DNA of 22,724 nucleotides from Chiloscyllium plagiosum (Eukaryota). The stretch spans positions 32,388,650 to 32,411,373 of the forward strand of contig NC_057720.1 of the NCBI RefSeq assembly GCF_004010195.1. The letters are read 5' to 3'. The position numbers and the translations under genes are program-made. Below are positions 19,870-22,724 of the stretch, piece after piece (within the stretch, counting starts at the first letter, position 1; each line of letters starts with the position of its first letter). The notes beneath the pieces are model-generated. The model saw nothing but the letters and a program-made list of their open reading frames with translations. It made no database searches and was not told the origin of the DNA.

Positions 19870-22400
19870 TTGGTATTAGATCTAGTGAGAGTGCATAAGC
19901 AATTTAACTGCCCAGTCAAAATTCTTCACTGATCTGTTTCTTCCCTGGATGTAAAATCATCTTTTTGCGAGGACTTGACCTGATTTGTCCGGATGTGATT
20001 AACACTTGCCAAGAAAGATTGTTAATCCAATGTCATTCCTGATTTATTCTGCTTAATATCTAAATATTGCTAAGCTTTGTATTTAAAGCCTGACTTTCAC
20101 TTTGAATTCCCTTTTAATTTTATCTACCAAACAATGCTCAAAATGCAGAAAGTCATGCCTGTTAGTTTCATTCTGTGATAACAGCAGCTAGATCTGCTTT
20201 GTGCTGAATGTAGCTTACCTTCATCAAGACTGACCTAAATATCAACCAATAAACACACTTGTTTAATATCCATAGCTTCCCTTCTATCTCACCTGCTTCT
20301 TTAATTGATTTCATAAATGCTTCTATTTGAATCTTTTCACCTTGTAAAAATGCCACTTTTGTATCAATTGACCTATAACCCAAGAGTGAGTTGCTAAAAG
20401 AGCTAAGATGATCACCAAATTTGTCTTCAAACCATTGAGCTATCTGTCTGGTTCTAACCTTGCATGTCTTATCAGTAAGCTCTGTATCTGTGCATATTCA
20501 TCTGTAAGATAAGGCTGTCTTCCCCTATCTGGTTAATTGGTGTATTATCTAAATTGTTTTCAGCTATCTAATGTTTTGGCTTCTTTGATTCAAATTCCTC
20601 TAATTTGTATGTAGCCTATAGGCAGGGCAAATGTTAATTTGATACTTGGTTTATGAATTTTAATGAATCATCTTATCTATCACCAAGTGATTCTTTTTTC
20701 ACATGCCCATTCCTAAATGGATTTTCAACTGCTGTGTTCATTGCCACACTATCCACATGCTCACGTGTTTCTAAATTAATTGATGGCACATTCCCATCAT
20801 TGTCTGTTAGGAATTTAGCTGGTGCCCAAGAATAATCACCATCCATTTTTCCATTACCTTATTCACATTTACTCTTTTCTGTTAAAATGTGCTGTTGTCG
20901 TCGAGAGAAGTCTAAATGCTAGATTTTTTTACTTTTATGCCATACTTTTAAGTTAATTGCCAGAACTTTGTTAAAATCTCTAGCTAATGGGAATTTCAAT
21001 TGGGTGATGTTGTCCTTTTTTTTTTACAGATACCACTTTTTTCACTGATCTCTTTTGTATGTTTAGTGTACATATTAACCCATGCTCCTTCATCATTTAA
21101 CTGTGAACTAGTGGATGGGAAAACTGTCAATGTAGTTTTGAAACATTTAGCTTTTTTCCCTTTAAACTCTTACTTTCTGATACCAATAACTCCTGCCAAA
21201 TTGCTTATTTAGAGAAGTCCATTTTTATTAGTAGAATAACCTCTGGATTGTGTAAATTTATAAATTCACTGATTTTGCAAAAACAATTGCCATGTCATGT
21301 TGCATATAATGTTTCCTTTGAGCTTTATTCACGTATGGCCTGCTCAATGATAAGAGTATTTCACTTGCAATACTGTGCTGATAATGTCATTATCTCCAGA
21401 TATTTTACAGGCAAATCGCCACTCTTTTGGGTGACTTCATTGTGATGTTATTTCCAAAACTAAATTGTGAAGAACTTTCAAAATTCTTAAAATTTATTTC
21501 AGTCATTTAAAAATCTAAGTAAGGATTTAACCAGTTCCCCTCCACATTCTGGACGTGCATCTGGTGTCCAAAGCCACACAGTTTTTTGAAGTTCATTTAT
21601 GGGATGAGGGCTTTGTTGGCTAGCCCAATATTTATTACACATCCAAGAGGGCAGTTAAGAGTCACCTACATTGCTGTGGGTCTGGAGTCACGTGTAGATC
21701 AGACCAGGTAAGGATGGCAGTTTCCTTCCCTAAAGGACATTAGTGAACCAGATGGGGTTTTCCGACAATCGGCAATGGATTCCTAGTCATTGTTAGACTC
21801 TTACTTCCAAATTTGTTTTTTATTGAATTCAGATTCCACCATGGCAGGATTTGAACCTGCGTGCCCAGAACATACCTGGGTCTCTGGATTAACAGTCTAG
21901 CGATAACACCGATAGGTCATTACTTTCCCTAAATGAGTTAATAAGTCCACAATTAAAACATTTTCATGACTGACTGAAGCTCCTAGTGACTATTGTAGTT
22001 GCAATTCCCTCTCTCAGATCAGTATCCACAATCATCTCCTTCCAAACCCTGCATGAAATGTTTAATTTCAAAATCATTATTCTTCCATTTAGACAAATCA
22101 TTTTATAATCCATGTTTTGAGTCATGTATAAAATACATGATTTAATGTGCTTGGTGTTCTTTCTTCTGTTATGGGTCCATAGCTCCTGTCATCTATTATA
22201 ATTTTCAAATATATCTCTGTTCTTACTCTTTTGGTTCCAATTCTTCTTCTGCATAGATGTTTGGAACACATATCTGGGTAGCTTTGCAATGGTGCCACCA
22301 CTGAATCTTCCATTTTTTGTGTATCTATTGGACCTCTAACTTGAACCATGAATACCACTGGGAATTAATGTTTTCAGTTTTTTTTTAAGACTTCGTACAC
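19870..22400 (-). mobile_element. Decayed Ty1/copia LTR-retrotransposon internal region (RT clearest at about 20050-20600)
   Basis: Minus ORF 20168-20383 gives SIDTKVAFLQG..KLWILNKCVYW..QHKADLA, matching copia RT DxKxAFL, LxKxxYGL and xxDP motifs. AQWFED resembles ARGF. The purine-rich minus strand continues upstream with QFSFGNN and MIVDT remnants. The outer limits are uncertain. Confidence 0.7.
21582..21925 (-). mobile_element. tRNA-derived Deu-core SINE (SacSINE1-like)
   Basis: Minus-strand B-box GGTTCAAATCC at 21847-21857. Core ctggttcactaatgtcctttagggaaggaaactgccatccttacctggtctg..gtgactccagacccacagcaatg. A-rich tail resembling the LINE end at about 15735-15796. Confidence 0.8.
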
Positions 22401-22437
22401 TTGATCCAAGACTAAGCTGCTTTCTAATAATCTAAGC

Positions 22438-22724
22438 TGAAAATGTGTTGCTGGAAAAGAGCAGCAGGTCAGGCAGCATCCAAGGAGCAGGAGAACCGAC
22501 GTTTCGGGCATGAGCCCTTCTTCAGGAATGAGGAAAGTGTGCCAAGCAGGCTAAGATAAAAGGTAGGGAGGAGGGACTTGGGGGAGGGGCGTTGGAAATG
22601 CGATAGGTGGAAGGAGGTTGGAGAGACAGGCCGCCTACTTGCAGAATGTTTCAGAGAACACCTCGGGGACACCCGGACCAACCAACCCAACCACCCCGTG
22701 GCTCAACACTTCAACTCCCCCTCC
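22438..22724 (+). mobile_element. Penelope-like retroelement: inverted pLTR joined to a 5'-truncated GIY-YIG endonuclease ORF (runs off the window)
   Basis: 22620-22724 translates without stops as GETGRLLAECFREHLGDTRTNQPNHPVAQHFNSPS, the PLE GIY-YIG signature (YIGETGR..EH..PVAxHF). 22438-22617 is the pLTR in the opposite orientation. Confidence 0.92.
22494..22529 (-). ncRNA. Minimal hammerhead ribozyme, intact core
   Basis: Minus strand reads AUUC-CUGAAGA-A-GGGC-ucau-GCCC-GAAA-CGUC^GGUU. Predicted cleavage is between 22498 and 22497. Stem I is short and imperfect. Confidence 0.75.

Noticed and set aside
22412..22439. ctaagctg direct repeat as the TSD of the terminal PLE
   Set aside because: Both copies are on the same side of the element, and the other end lies outside the window.
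13587..22530. Recurring gctggaaaagcacagcaggtcaggcagcatc motif as CRISPR-like or prokaryotic repeats
   Set aside because: The copies are dispersed in both orientations with no regular spacers, and one is joined to a Penelope GIY-YIG ORF in eukaryotic intron context.

Overview
Eukaryotic, repeat-dense vertebrate DNA. The repeat families (HE1-type tRNA-SINEs, HER1/CR1 LINEs, a Deu-core SINE, short Penelope-like inverted repeats) point to a cartilaginous fish (shark); this is an inference from recognised families. One convincing protein-coding exon is present: a 90-bp + strand exon at 16987-17076 with canonical splice sites that translates as [29 protein letters not shown], matching eIF2B-gamma (EIF2B3). 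The rest of the window is therefore most likely EIF2B3 intron. It is filled with nested CR1 fragments, SINEs, a Tigger/pogo-like MITE, a decayed Ty1/copia element and about ten Penelope-like element (PLE) termini. The most interesting signal is that the PLE termini carry minimal hammerhead-ribozyme motifs (CUGANGA-stem II-GAAA-CGUH, with an ACGU palindrome in place of stem III). Several occur as short target-site-duplicated inserts or head-to-head palindromes. The only two intact cores are antisense to the host gene. Most six-frame ORFs are retroelement debris. Coordinates were counted by eye and repeat boundaries are approximate.
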